From assembly GCA_964016885.1 (NCBI GenBank), contig OZ024743.1, forward strand, positions 92,256,001 to 92,320,000: a DNA stretch of 64,000 bases. Direction: 5' to 3'. The stretch is from Eledone cirrhosa (lineage: Eukaryota). Within the stretch, counting starts at the first letter, position 1. Every line of letters starts with the position of its first letter. The notes under the pieces are model-generated. The model was not told where the DNA came from. It saw nothing but the letters and a program-made list of their open reading frames with translations, and ran no database searches. Positions 12,291 through 25,386 of the stretch are shown here, in pieces. Position numbers and translations under genes: made by a program.

Positions 12291-15180
12291 TTTTTTATTT
12301 ATTTATCTTGCTTTATATTCATACGAGTTATCACCAAGTCACAACCAGTGACCTCAAGAGACAACTAGATCCGCCATGTTCAAGAAAGAACATACACACA
12401 CACACACATGTATCTTTAGGTGTTTAGACTTGTGATGTACTTATATTAACAGAATCTTCCTTAGTATATGGCCAGTTCCCATTAGTACTACTATCTTTTG
12501 TATTTCTTCTATACGTGGGTTTCCTGGGATTTGGGATAAGTAATCATTAGACCCCTTAGGTATCATTCCTAGAGCGCCTACAACCACTGGTATTATTTTA
12601 GTTCTCAATTTCCACATTTTTCCAATTTCTATCTCCAGGTCTTTTATACTTGCTCAATTTTTCAAATGTTTTTATAGATACATTCTTGTCTATAGGAATG
12701 GACATATAAATTAGCAGGCATACCCTCTTTTTAAAGTCCTTCAGTATTATATCAGGTCTGTTTGCATCTATTTTTCGGTCTCTTTGGATGCTAAAGTTCC
12801 ACAAAATTGAGATGTAACCTTTTTCAAGTACAAGAGGAGGTTGATGCTCCCACCAATTCTTTCTTTCGATGGGGCAGGTCAAAATGCTTACACATTACCC
12901 AGTATATGTATTTTGTAGCTCTGTCGAGCCTGTTTAGGTATTTGGTTGGAGCTATAGGACTGCACATTAAAATGATCAATAGTCTCTGGTTGTTTTTTAC
13001 ATACACGGCATAATGGGTTGCATCCATTTTTTATGATTTTGGCTTGATCATTTTTTGTTGGCAGACAATGATCTTGTGCTGATATAATCAGTCCTTCAGT
13101 CTCTGATTTCAGTCCAGAGGATGCCAACCACTGATGGGTTAAAGTTTTGTCAACATCAGGATTGTTAGCTCTTTTTAGGTATTTTCCATACAGAGGCTTT
13201 TCTTGCCATTTCGTAGCCAGTTTCTGTAGCAGTTCTTTCTTTGCAGTTACTTTTACCTGCTTTGTTTTTTCTGTGTTTTTCATTTCAGCAGTAAAGGGAA
13301 CTTGTGAAATTTGTAGTCCATTACTGTATCTTTGTGCATCTTTTGTAATGGAGTATGATCTTTTGATGCTTTCATGTTTCAAAACGAGTTTGATCATCCA
13401 ATCAGGTGCCTTTCTTAGATATGTAGATAATCCAATTGTTGCAGTTTTCAAAGAAATATCTAACTGGATTAATCCACGTCTTCCTTTCCTAGGGAGATAT
13501 ATTCTATCTGTATCTGCCTTAGGGTGATGCATTCTGTGCATGGTTAAGAATTTTCTAATTTTTGTATCGAACCTACGGATCTCTGTGCTTGACCAGTTGA
13601 TGACATTGAAACTGTAGGTTACTACTGGTATGGCAAGCGCGTTTATGGCATCAATCCTATTCCTTGCATTCAATTCCGTTCTTAAGATTGCTCTTACTCT
13701 GCGGTAACATTCCTTTCTTATCCTTGCCCTCATTGTCGAGTGCTTGATTCCGTCTCCTTCATAAACACCTAGATATTTGTAAGTTTCTTCTTGATCAAGT
13801 TCTCTTATCACATTCCCCCGATCAAGATTAATGCCTGAACTTCTCAACAGCTTTCCTCTGGTGAACGTGGCTTTGGCACATTTATCTAGTCCAAACTCCA
13901 TTTTAATGTCATCACTGAACTGTTTCACAGTGGATAATAGCCCTTGCAATTGTTCATCATTTTTTGCAAATAGTTTCAGGTCATTCATGTAGAACAAGTG
14001 ATTTAGGGTTTTGGCATAGACTTTATATCCATGTTTTGATACATTGAGCATTTTACTTAATGGTATAAGTGCAATGCTGAAAAAAAGCGGTGATAAAAAG
14101 TCACCTTGAACAATTCCACAATTAATATTAACTTCTTCAGCTTCCAGTGATTTTTTTTCACTATTCAAAAGGAGTGTCGTTTTCCATGTCTTCATACTGA
14201 ATGACAGGAACCTCCTGACAACGGGAGATATTTTGAAAATCTCTAAATATTTTTCAATCCAACTGTGTGGCAAACTATCGAATGCTTTTTTGTAATCTAT
14301 CCAAGCAATTGATAGATTTTTGTGTCTATTATGACAATCTTCCAGTATCATTTTGTTAACCAAAAGCTGATCCTTACAGCCATATGAGCCTCGTTTACAC
14401 CCTTTCTGCTCATTGGGAAATAGGTCATTTGTTATCAGGTGGTCATATGTATATTCAGTTAGGATTGATGTTAACATTTTATACATTGTGGTCAAGCAAG
14501 TTTTCGGTCTGTAATTTTTTGGATTATTTGTCTCATCATTCTTCGGAAGTAGGAATGTAATGCCGTTAACTAGCCATGATGGTATCTTTTCTGGCTCCTT
14601 AACCATGTTATTGTAAAGTTGGGCTAATAGCTCATGATACTCTGTGAAGGCATTTATCCAGAAATTTGGTATTTTGTCTTTCCCTGGGAATTTCTATTTG
14701 CTGGATTTCTAAGAGCTAAACGCATGTTCAACTGTTATATTTTCCCATGTTTGTTCCTCAAGGTGAGCTGTATCTTTCATTTGTCTGTCTATCCATGGGG
14801 CATGAATATTATGAACTTTTTCTTTGGCCCAGATCTTTTTGTAGAATTCTTGTACTTCCTCCTTGGGTGGTATTGATTTAGCAGTTATTGTTGACTTGCC
14901 AATTTTTCTGTAGAAGTTTTTTTTGGTTGTTTTTGAGCATATTATTGTCCTTATAGAATCTGGAGCGTTTTTCAAAACGCCTTATACGAGCAGCTTTGGC
15001 CGACACTTTTTGCTTGATTATTTCTATCTTCATGTCTATGTCGCTTGTTGATTTTATATTGTATTTTCTTTTCAATATTCTGAGTTTAGTTTGTTTAACA
15101 TGTTCACCTACTTTGTAGTTTGTTAAAATTTTGTTAAAAGTTTGTTAAATTTGGGTCCGGCTACTGATGTGGGATTCTAC
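12277..15180 (-). mobile_element. R4/Dong-type RLE non-LTR retrotransposon, 5'-truncated and inactive
   Basis: ORFs 14878..15075, 14709..14975, 12888..14606, 12598..12882 form one broken ORF ending in DANRPDIIL...KY; the 3' end abuts a (TAA)n tract. Confidence 0.9.
12888..14606 (-). pseudogene. Reverse transcriptase (572 aa) of the R4/Dong-like element
   Basis: NYRP, EQKGC, AWIDYKKAFDS, GIVQGDFLSPL, HLFYMNDLKLF (catalytic YxDD changed to YMND), FGLDKC, YKYLG, GRRGL. Confidence 0.9.
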
Positions 15181-15348
15181 ATTTGGTACTTCACCATAGT
15201 TGGTATCCTTAAGAAGCAGTGTTAATAATAATAATTATCATTTCTGGTTTAGTCACAAGGCCAACAATTTTGGGGAAGGGGAAAGTCAACTTCATCAACC
15301 CCAGTGTGTTACTGGTAGTTTATTTTATGAAATGAAGTATCAGTATAA

Positions 15349-15600
15349 TATCATCATCATCATCATCTTCGTTTACCGTCCACTTTCCACGCTAGCATGG
15401 GTTAGACGGGAGTTGTCCCACTTGAGGCAAGGTTGGTCGGGTGACCGTGTTTCGCTCATATAGGACTATCTGGCAGGTTTTCTACGGCTGGATGCCCTTC
15501 CTAACACCAACCACATTTACAGTGTGGAACTGGGAACTTTTTACTGTGTTACCTACACGGCCACATTACAGCGTAGACTGTGTGTTTTTTCTCATGGTGA
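15349..15600 (-). mobile_element. RTE 3'-UTR/tail fragment
   Basis: (CAT)n followed by GCTAGCATGGGTTAGACG...GGATGCCCTTCCTAACACCAACC. Confidence 0.8.
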
Positions 15601-15857
15601 CAGTATAATTGGTTGTGATCAGGCCTGACTCTGGAATCAATAGGCCATCAGCCTTGTGGATTTTTGAATATATTGTACGCCCATTTCATGACATACACAG
15701 ACACACACGTCAAAGCTGATTTGACTTGTATTGAAATTCAAAACTTACATGTTGAGTTTCTTTTTGATTTTTTTCTTCTTATGCATGAAGTGGGTATGGT
15801 TTTCACTTTGTGGTGAAGATTACAAGTAACCAGATTATATATATATATCATCATTAT

Positions 15858-15888
<31 letters not shown>

Positions 15889-16289
15889 CATTATGGATTA
15901 ATACAGGCGACTCGCTTTCCCATGAGTACAGGCTGAAGCATACATCTGGTATGTACGACCTTCGCCTTCATCCCCCCCCTTCCACACACCTCCACATCCT
16001 AACATTCCGCCCCTCACACGCCCAAATACCCACCTCCCTTCCCCAAAATCTCTCAGCTCACACTGTAAAGTGGTTGTGTAGGTGTCATGACAAAAAGAAC
16101 CCAGAACTTACTGTAAATGTGGTTGGCGTTAGGAAGGACATCCAGTCGTAGAAACCAAGCCAAATTCGGTTCTGTATGAGCAAGACAGGGGCATCTGACC
16201 TCGACTTGCCTTAAATCAGACAACCCCTCTAACCTATGCTAGCCTGGAAAATTGACATTAAACAGTGCTGATGATAACATATATATATA

Positions 16290-16685
16290 TTGCCTAAGTA
16301 CAAAGCGAAACCTACAGTCAGTAGGCACCTCTTAATCAAATATACACCCCATCCCACAATCCCAAGTCCCCCACCCCCATCAACACCACCCCTTTCTCTG
16401 TAAAGTTATGTTGGTACCACAACATCCAGTCCTTAATAAATGAGGTCATGTAGGTGTCACAACAAAAAAACACACAGTCCACGCTGTAATGTGGCCGTGT
16501 AGGTAACACGGTAAAAATCTCCCAGTCCATACTGTAAACGTGGTTGGTGTTAGGAAGGGCATCCAGCCGTAGAAAACCTACCAGACAGTCCTATACGAGC
16601 GAGATGACCAATCTTGCCTCAAGTGGGACAATTCCCGTCTAACTCATGCTAGCGTGGAAGAACGGACGTAAAACGATGATGATGA
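16290..16685 (+). mobile_element. RTE 3'-UTR/tail fragment
   Basis: Matches 40170-40800; ends in (GAT)n; followed directly by a short antisense tail (16688-16762). Confidence 0.8.
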
Positions 16686-16938
16686 TATCATCATCATCAT
16701 CACCGTTTTACGTCCGTTCTTCCACGCTAGCATGAGTTAGACGGGTTGTCCTGTTGTGGGCAGTTATATATATATATATATATATATTTAAATATATACA
16801 CATGTACAATAACAACAAACACATATAAACACACAAGTAAACAAAGATAGAATACAAAAACCAAAACACATACACTCAAACGCGAACACACATACCAAAC
16901 ATTATATACACACACAAACGCATGCACAGAGACAAAAA

Positions 16939-16969
<31 letters not shown>

Positions 16970-18202
16970 AATAAAAATGGCGTAAACATTACAATACAAT
17001 AAGAGGGAATATGATAATAGTACCACTGATGATGTTGCAGATGTGCAACGAAAGAACTTTGTTAGACTATATATATTTATATCTTTATTTTTAACCGTTG
17101 GTCAGTCAATGATAAACGTTGATTGCCAACTAAATTAACTATGGAGATATAAAAGATACAGAAGCGAAAACCAACCAAACAGTGAGTGTGTTCTGTTATT
17201 ATTTCTGGCAATATTATTACAACAATATGACCTTTCCCTCTATATAGAGAGAGGGAAAGCAGCCGTTAAAATAACAATGATGATATATATGATGGCTGCA
17301 ACTCAATTTCGAGTAATGCCATCATTGATACTTAAGCATGCATCACGGACATGGTTTTTTAGTCCTGCAAAAAATGTCATATATACGCAATGCCTGTAGT
17401 TTAAGCTTTTTTAAGTTAGGAAAGGCTTTGCACGGGGCCAATCCCACTCTCTGAACATTGAATGCATTTGCCCCAAAAGAAGAACTGGTCTACATCATTG
17501 GATGCAAACAAAGTCGCAGTTTTATATCAGAGTGACCTCCTAGAGAGATGTCTTAATGAAGACAAAGGAATCTTTCACTCCACAGAAAAAAAAAAAAATT
17601 ATTGGATGGCCGTTGACTCTGCTGCGTTCCTCTGGCTTTTGACGGGTTTTGCTTTTCATCCCACAAGGTGTCCAAATTCACCCTCGTAACCAAGCAAGCT
17701 TGGTGGGGTTGCTGGTTTAGTCGCCAACAACCCAACCATGCACAGGTTGTACTGGGTTACATGTTACCAGTAACGCTGAAGAGCGACCTGACACACACGC
17801 ACACATATATATATATATGTGGGATAACAAGTTATCGCTATAGGTAATCCAGTGCTTGGCTATTCCATCTTAGCCTCACTATCACCTGTGGCACTGACTT
17901 ACTTCAAATATTATTAGAGGGAAACTGCAGTACCCCTTGTTGTGATTGAGTGTATGTGTGATGTGTGATTGAGTGAGTGTGTGTGGGATGTGTTTGAGTG
18001 TGTGTCTGTGTGTTTGAATGTATGTTTATGTGTTTGAGTGTGTGTGTGTGTTTGAATGTGTGTGTCTTCTGCCTTTTCATAAATTATGTTTATATGTCAG
18101 TATTCTATTGAAATAACTATTTCTATTATTCCTCCAACAACAAAAGTTTAACTATGAAACATGTTGTCATATTTTTCACATGTGTGTGAATATATATATA
18201 TA

Positions 18203-18390
18203 ATTGTTTCTACTTTTGGCACAAGGCCAGCAATTACCCAGTGTATTACTGGTACTTTATTTTATCGACCCCGTTAGGATGAAAGGCAAAGTTAACCTCG
18301 GCGGGATTTGAACTCAGAATGGCAAGGGACGTAACTCTATGCGTCAAAGCATGGCGTCCGACCCTCTACCGATACTGCCAATCTACCCCC
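18203..18390 (-). mobile_element. tRNA-derived SINE, family A
   Basis: Reverse complement of the 63690-63872 copy. Confidence 0.85.
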
Positions 18391-18493
18391 CCCTAATAAT
18401 ATTATATATTATATAATATTATTAGATGGTTCAGTAGACTTGAGGTTTACTGAGGTGGGTATCGAAAGCAGCACTCTATGTTAAGGCAGTGTG

Positions 18494-18793
18494 TATATAT
18501 TGAATACAAAGTGAGATTTCACATGATGGTCTTTATTGATTATACATAGTTATGACAGTTTTAGAGATGGGTGGCTCAGGATCTATATAAATGCTATAGT
18601 CCAGACTCCAGCCTGGTCTGCTCTTCTGACTTAATTTTGGCTTTGCATGATGAACAAGTCTGATGAGCAGATTCGGCTGAAGTTGAGTCTATAGCATTTA
18701 TATAGATCCTAGCCACCCATCTGTGAAACGGTCGTAACTGTGTACAATCAATAAAGACCTTAATGTGAAACTTTGCTTTGTTTTCAATATATA
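18494..18793. repeat. 300-bp palindrome (arms about 140 bp, 23-nt loop): inverted Penelope-like terminal repeats
   Basis: GGTCTTTATTGA/TCAATAAAGACC, AGATGGGTGGCT/AGCCACCCATCT and GGATCTATATAAATGCTATAG/CTATAGCATTTATATAGATCC pair in order. Confidence 0.9.
18657..18739 (+). ncRNA. Minimal type-I hammerhead ribozyme motif
   Basis: AGU-CUGAUGA-[GCAGAU...AUCUGU long stem II]-GAAAC-GGUC-GUA-ACU, then AATAAA. Confidence 0.65.
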
Positions 18794-18842
18794 TATATAT
18801 ATATATATAATATATATGTTAGTGTGTGTAGATATCTGTGTG

Positions 18843-18937
<95 letters not shown>

Positions 18938-19505
18938 ATGATAGCTATGTACACATAATCTGTTTATAGCTATATACACATACAATATGTATATATCTAT
19001 ATACACATACAATATGTATACAGCTATATACAAACATAATCTGTTTATACATGATAGCTGTATACACATATATTCTATACAAATTTAGGTTTAATCAATG
19101 CATATAAAAGATATATTGATTCATGATCATTAGTTCAGAGCATGAGTTATATAAGTTTAAACAATATCAAACATGAAATATATCAATTGAGAAACTGTTA
19201 GTATTTTGTACATATATACAGAACAATTACTATGAAAGTACTACTTTTGGCACAAGGCCAGCAATTATCTCAGTACATTACTGGTGCTTTATATATAATA
19301 TATTATATATAATATATTATATGTGTATACATTACTGGTACTTTATATATAATATCATATAATATAAGCAAGTGTAATACCATGAAAATATTTTTCATGG
19401 TATTACACTTGCTCATATTATATACTCCATGATTTCCTCTCGACAAATATACCATATTCCATTGCCTGGATACTATGATATATATATATATATATATATA
19501 GGCAC

Positions 19506-19870
19506 AAGGCACATCGTTTAGTGGTTAGAGCATTGGGCTTGCAATTGAAAGGTTGTGAGTTCAATTCTTGGACTAGGTGATGTGTTGTTTCCTTGAGCGA
19601 GACACTTTGCTCCAGTTTACTCAACTGTAGAAATGATAGGACTGGGGTCCCTATCATTCTACTGTAAAGTGGACATGTAGGCGCCACAAAAATAATACAC
19701 CCAGCACATGAGGTTGGTGTTAGGAAGGGCATTCAGCTGTAGAAATCAAGCCAGAATCAGTTCCCTTATGAGCAAGACAAGGTCAGCCGACCGGACACTG
19801 CCCACAACAGGATAACCCGTCTAACCCATGCTAGCGTGTAATAACGGACGTAAAACGGATGATGATGATA
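19506..19870 (+). mobile_element. tRNA/CORE-like SINE (family B) with RTE-derived 3' tail
   Basis: TAGTGGTTAGAGC...GAGTTCAATTC head, CCTTGAGC(G/A)AGACACTT core, then the RTE 3' UTR (GGTTGGTGTTAGGAAGGGCAT...CCCATGCTAGC) and (GAT)n. Confidence 0.8.
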
Positions 19871-19961
19871 TATATATATATATAACGAAGGAAGTGTGGT
19901 AAGGAACCAGAGGGACCATAATGCACCAGAGTACTCAATACTTAGGGTAGTAGAGTGGGTA

Positions 19962-20647
19962 ATAGGAAAAAGTTCAAGACCCCGACGGCAGAGCTCAAGC
20001 CGTTTCAACGGCTATTTCTGGACTAAATTAGAATTTTTAGCATGGTAATAAATAGCCGAACTTTTCAAGGGGTAATTCCTTATATGGGAAGATTGTAGTT
20101 CTCAAAAGGATTGGTCAAAATTTCTTGTAAACACAACAAATCTTTCATGGCGGTGGGTGGGATGTGCGGTTGGCTGAACTTGCCTGTAGAACAATGAGGG
20201 AGTGTGTGGAGCTGGTCAAGCTTTGAAAATGAATTCTATACAGCAAATCCTATGGAGTTTGTATGAGATTAGGCTAGCTAGAAAGCAGGCGAAAAAGGAA
20301 TTCAGGAGGAATCTGAGAGTGGGAAGTTATAAAATTGAAAAGTTAATAAATTAAGATTAAAAAATTAAAAAATAATAAATAAAAATAATATAAATATAAA
20401 AAAATTAAATAAAACGTAATAAAAAAAGCAGCTGCTATATTTTTAGCTGGTATTGCGTTTTTGGCCAATTAATTGTGTTTACAAGAAATTTTGACCAATC
20501 TTTTTAACAACTACAATCTTCCCATATAAGGAATTACCCCTTGAAAAGTTCAGCTATTTATTACCACGCTAAAAATTCTAATTTAATCCAGAAATAGCCG
20601 TCAAAACGGCTTGAGCTCTGCCATCAGAGTCTTGAATTTTTTCCTAT
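19962..20647. repeat. Inverted repeat (arms 19962-20136 and 20473-20647), Penelope-like terminal repeats
   Basis: Arms of about 175 bp, e.g. CTTTTCAAGGGGTAATTCCTTATATGGGAAGATTGTAGTT and its reverse complement; related solo fragment at about 41230-41330. Confidence 0.85.
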
Positions 20648-21703
20648 ATCTCTCCACTTGTCATGGTCCTTTGTCATCTCCTCGGTGAGTTTCAGCGATC
20701 TGAGGTCTGCTCGCACCACTTCTGCCCATGTTTTTCGTGGTCAACCTCTACTGCATCTTTCCTCCACTGGAACTTCCTGGACCTTCTTCACCCATCGGTC
20801 ATCCTCCATGCGCATCACATGTCCATACCATCTCAGCCTTCTCTCCTGCACACCACAACTTATCCCGCTTATACCCAGTTTCTTTCTCAACTCGTCTATG
20901 CTTGGTTGTTCACGCACATTGACATTGCACATCCAATGGAGCATACTTGCTTCATTTCTCTCCAACTGTTGCATATCTTCTGCAGTTGCTGCCCATGTCT
21001 CACTACCATGCAGTATCGCGCATCTCACACAGGCATCATATAACCATCCTTTCGTAGGCAGGGAGAAACCCTTCTTTGTCAACAGAGGAAGCAGCTCCCT
21101 AAACTTCTTCCAACCCATCCTTATTCTAGATACTATGGCCTCGGAACACCCTCCTCCCGTGCTAATCTGATCACCTAGGTACCAGAAGCTATCAACCACT
21201 TCTATAGAACCCACCTGCATTGGAAAAATGAGTCTATCACAGCGATTACTACTGCCAACTTTCCCCGTACATCTACTGCATACGTAGTTTTCCCTACCTG
21301 TTAGTTTGCCTGCTATCCCGCTACATCTCTTGTGTACCCAAGATCTGCATTGCGTACATTTTATGGAATTTATGCCAGTTTTCCTTTCCGACATATCAAA
21401 CATGGCCATTTCCCTGATGGAATCAGAGTATTGTCCTCTCTTCTACTTATCAATGCCATTATTTTAGCTGTGTTCACTCTCAGGCCTCTGGATTCCAACT
21501 GCTGTTTCCATAGCCAGAATTTATTCTCTAGCTCCTCTACTGATTCTGCTATAAGAACCAGATCATCAGCATAGAGAAGTTCCCATGGGCATCCAGTCTT
21601 AAACTCCTTTGTTATGACTTGGAGGACTATAATGAATAAGAGTGGTCTGAGGACCGAACCCTGATGAACTCCTACTTGTTTCTGCAATTCCTCACTAAAC
21701 TCC
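20648..21703 (-). mobile_element. RTE LINE RT fragment
   Basis: ORFs 21370..21705 and 20741..21409: GVHQGSVL.PLLF, LLYADDL, YLG, LHGSETW, RLRWYGHV. Confidence 0.92.
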
Positions 21704-21734
<31 letters not shown>

Positions 21735-22314
21735 ATAGCTGTACACTCGTATCTACATATACATGTTAGCTATATACATATATAATCTAGTCCACACAGT
21801 AAAGTGTCGTTTTGGTGCCTTGATAAAAGGCACCCAGTACTATATATATGAAGGGCATCCAGCCATAGAAACCAAACCAACATTGGTCCAGTGTGAGCAA
21901 AACATGGTCATCTGCTCTGGCTTGGCTCACATAGAGACGTTCAACGTTGGTAATGATGATATATGGTAGCTATATACATATATAATCTTTATATACATGA
22001 TTGCTGGTCTACTTTTCTCAAAGATACTTGCTATAACCAGGTCATAGTTAAGTCTTTTCAGGGTTATATTTGATTGACAAAAGTATTGCATATAATTTGA
22101 AAAATGAATAATTAGGATGTGTTTTGACTTATTACTATCATTTGAGATGTTGTTTTAAGCCAACATTTAAACAAACTGCCAGCCATAGCTGTAATTAGAA
22201 CTAATTAACTACTCAATGTTTCATTGTGGAATGAGTTCTTAGTAATTTTGAGGTTTTATCATGGTGTTTAACTGAATAAAATAGATACACAAAAATGTCA
22301 AAAATGTGTGTACA

Positions 22315-22905
22315 TCGTCACCATCTTCATCATCATCATTTAACATCCATTTTCCATGCTAGCATGGGTTAGACGGGTTGTCCCATTTGATGCAAGTTGG
22401 TTCAGGTGACCATGTCTTACTCATATAGAACTGTTTCTGGCTAGGTTTCTATGGCTGGATGCCCTTCCTAATGCCAACCACATTTACAGTGTAGGCTGGG
22501 TGCTTTTTGTCGTGGCTCCTACATGGCTGGATATGTTTTGTTCACAGTGTAATGGTTGTGTGGGCAGGAGTGGGTGGGTGGGGGTATAGTGGTTAAGAGG
22601 TGCCTAAGCACTTGGCTTAATGGTTAGAGTGTTGAGCTTGCAATCGAAAGGTTGTAAGTTTGATTCCTGAACTGGGTTATGCATTGTGTCCTTGAGCAAG
22701 ACACTATATTTCATGTTGCTCCAGTTTACTCAGCTAAAGAAATGAGTTGCAGCATCACTGGTGCGAAGCTCTATCAGCCATTGCCTTTCCCTTGGTCAAC
22801 ATCAGTGGTGTGGAGAGGTGTGATAGGTATGCATGGGTGACTGCTGATCTTTCACAAACACACCTTGCCCAGACTTGTGTCCCAGAGGGTTTCTAGGTAC
22901 AAATC
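22315..22905. mobile_element. Antisense RTE tail followed by a sense family-B-like SINE
   Basis: RTE tail 22315-22600(-); TGGCTTAATGGTTAGAG...CCTTGAGCAAGACACT from about 22612(+). Confidence 0.7.
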
Positions 22906-23169
22906 CCATGACTTAGTGGCTTAGTGGTAAGATAATTGGATTTACAATTGTGAGGTTGCAAGTTCAATTCCTGGCCAGGTGATGTTTTATGCCCTTGAAC
23001 AAGACTCTTTATTTCATGTTACTCTTTCTGGTAAGAGTTGTGATTGGTAGATAGTTTCAATAATGGAAAGACCAATGGAAACATTGTTTCCTCGGTCCAA
23101 TTTGATGAGTACCACTCCACTTGGCAAGCGAATGAGGTCTGGGATTTTGTCGATCGATATATATATATA

Positions 23170-23348
23170 TGAGGGGATGCTGAAAAGTTCCTGGCTTTGG
23201 GAAAAAGAAAATACAGGAGGATCAGTTAATTAGGATTTTATTCAACACATTCCCCTCTCAGATTGCAATGGCCTATCTCCCCTGTAAAGGTAACAGCTCT
23301 ACCTTTTCGCGATACCTTTAAAGTCAGGAACTTTTCAGCACCCCCTCA
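23170..23348. mobile_element. Tc1/mariner-like MITE
   Basis: 29-bp TIRs TGAGGGGATGCTGAAAAGTTCCTGGCTTT / AAAGTCAGGAACTTTTCAGCACCCCCTCA, TA on both sides. Confidence 0.85.
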
Positions 23349-23659
23349 TATATATGTATGAGTGCATGTGTGCACACATATATATATATGGGTGTGTGTG
23401 TGTGAAGATAAAATTCATCCAGTACACACACAAACATACACACACACACGCAAACATAAACACTAAAGCTATTTATTATCAAAAGAAGAGACTTTGAACT
23501 CCTATATCAATACATTCTATATTTCTTTGAAAAAAAAAAAGAATTGTGTTTAGTGTGTGGAAAATATTTTTAATGGGAAATCTATAAATATATTCCTTGT
23601 GTCTCCTTGTGTGAGATTTAACCATGTCTTTAGGCTTCTGGAATTACTGCTGTTTAATT

Positions 23660-24026
23660 TGGTGGTGGTGGTGGTGATGTTGACAGTGGTAGTGGTGGTA
23701 GTCAGTAGTGATAGTGGTAGTGGTGGTGATAGTGGTAATGGTGATGGTTGGTGGTTGTTGTGGTGGTGGTAATGGTGGTGATGGTGATAGTGGTAGTGGT
23801 AGTGGTGATGGTGATGGTGATAGTGGTGGTGGTGATGGTGGTGGTGGTTAGGAGTTGTGGTGATGGTTAGGAGTTGTGGTGATGGTTGGGAGTTGTTGTT
23901 GTGGTGGTGGTGGTGGTGCTGTTGGTGGTGGTAGTTGTGGTGGTTGTGGTGGTGGTGATAGTGGTTGTGGTGGTGGTAGTGTGTGAGGGGCGGTAGTTGT
24001 TGTTGTGGTGGTGGTGGTGGTGATGG
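23660..24026. repeat. (GGT)n/(GTT)n degenerate trinucleotide tract
   Basis: Direct inspection. Confidence 0.9.
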
Positions 24027-24249
24027 GCATTTTCTTCACATACACACACGTGTGTGTGGTTTTTATGCATATATATATACCTGAATTTATCTACAATCTA
24101 GTACATAGATTTATTTATTTTCAAGGATACATACACACTATGTTGGATGTGTATTTAGATATATATATATATATTTCAAGATGGCTGACTAATACATGCA
24201 CTTTCTCTATTTTTTACCTTTTCCCTATTTTCTTTCTTTTCTTATCCTC

Positions 24250-24545
24250 AAGGAAACAACTCAGACCGGGTGATGTGTTGTTTCCTTGAGCAAGACACTT
24301 TATTTCACATTGCTCCAGTTTACTCAGCTGTAGAAATGAGATGATAGGGACCCCAGTCCCTATCATTCCACTGCAAAGTGGCCGTGGAGGTGCCACGGCA
24401 AAAAAGCACCCAGCACTCACTGTAAATGAGGTTGGTGTTAGGAAGGGCATCCAGCTGTAGAAATCAAGCCAGAATCAGTTCCCGTCCCACCCTTGCAAGC
24501 AGGGAAAAAGTGGACGTAAAATGAAATGATGATGATGATGATGAA
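24250..24545 (+). mobile_element. Family-B SINE (5'-truncated) with RTE tail
   Basis: Near reverse complement of 26848-27190. Confidence 0.8.
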
Positions 24546-24821
24546 AATGATTTATCTTCCTTTTCCTTTTCCCATCTGTCACTCTATCTTCTGATAAACG
24601 ACTAAGGTTTGAAACATTAAGGTTCTTTCCTGACTATATCAAGCATTAAACTAATATACCATTATTGTATGCTGTTCTACTCCTGTGTTATGTTTCCTTG
24701 CTGTCTTATTAAATATACATACATACATACATACATACATACATACATACATACATCATCATCATAATCATTTTACGTCTGCTTTTCCCTGCTTGCAATA
24801 TATCATATATATATATATTAT

Positions 24822-25215
24822 ATACCTAAATACATAGTAAAACCTACTACAGCCAGTAGGCATCTCTAACAAAATACACCCCCGTCCCACCACCCACACC
24901 CCATCCACACAACCCCCTCCTATGTAAAGTTATGTTGGTGCCACAACATCCAGGCCGAAACAAATGAGATCGTGTAGGTGTCACGACAAAAAAACACACA
25001 GTCCACGCTGTAATGTGGCCGTGTCGGCAACACGGTAAAAACCTCCCAGTCCCACACTGTAAATGTGGTTGGTGTTAGGAAGGGCATCCAACTGTGGAAA
25101 ACCTGCCAGACAGTCCTATGCGAGCAAGACAATCACTCTTGCCTCAAGTGGGAATACCCCGTCCAAACCCATGCAAGCGTGGAACACGGACGTTAAACGT
25201 TGATGATGATGATGA
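24822..25215 (+). mobile_element. RTE 3'-UTR/tail fragment
   Basis: Near-identical to 40170-40800 without the triplication. Confidence 0.85.
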
Positions 25216-25348
25216 TCATCATCATCATATTGTTCTATATATATATATGATGATGATGATCATCATCATATATATATAGAACAATATATATATCATCATC
25301 ATCATCTTCGTTTAACGTCCATTTTCCAGGCTAGCATGGGTTAGACGG

Positions 25349-25380
<32 letters not shown>

Positions 25381-25386
25381 GAAATA

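Noticed and set aside
23557-24070. Pro/Thr/Val-rich ORFs
   Set aside because: Translations of the (GGT)n tract
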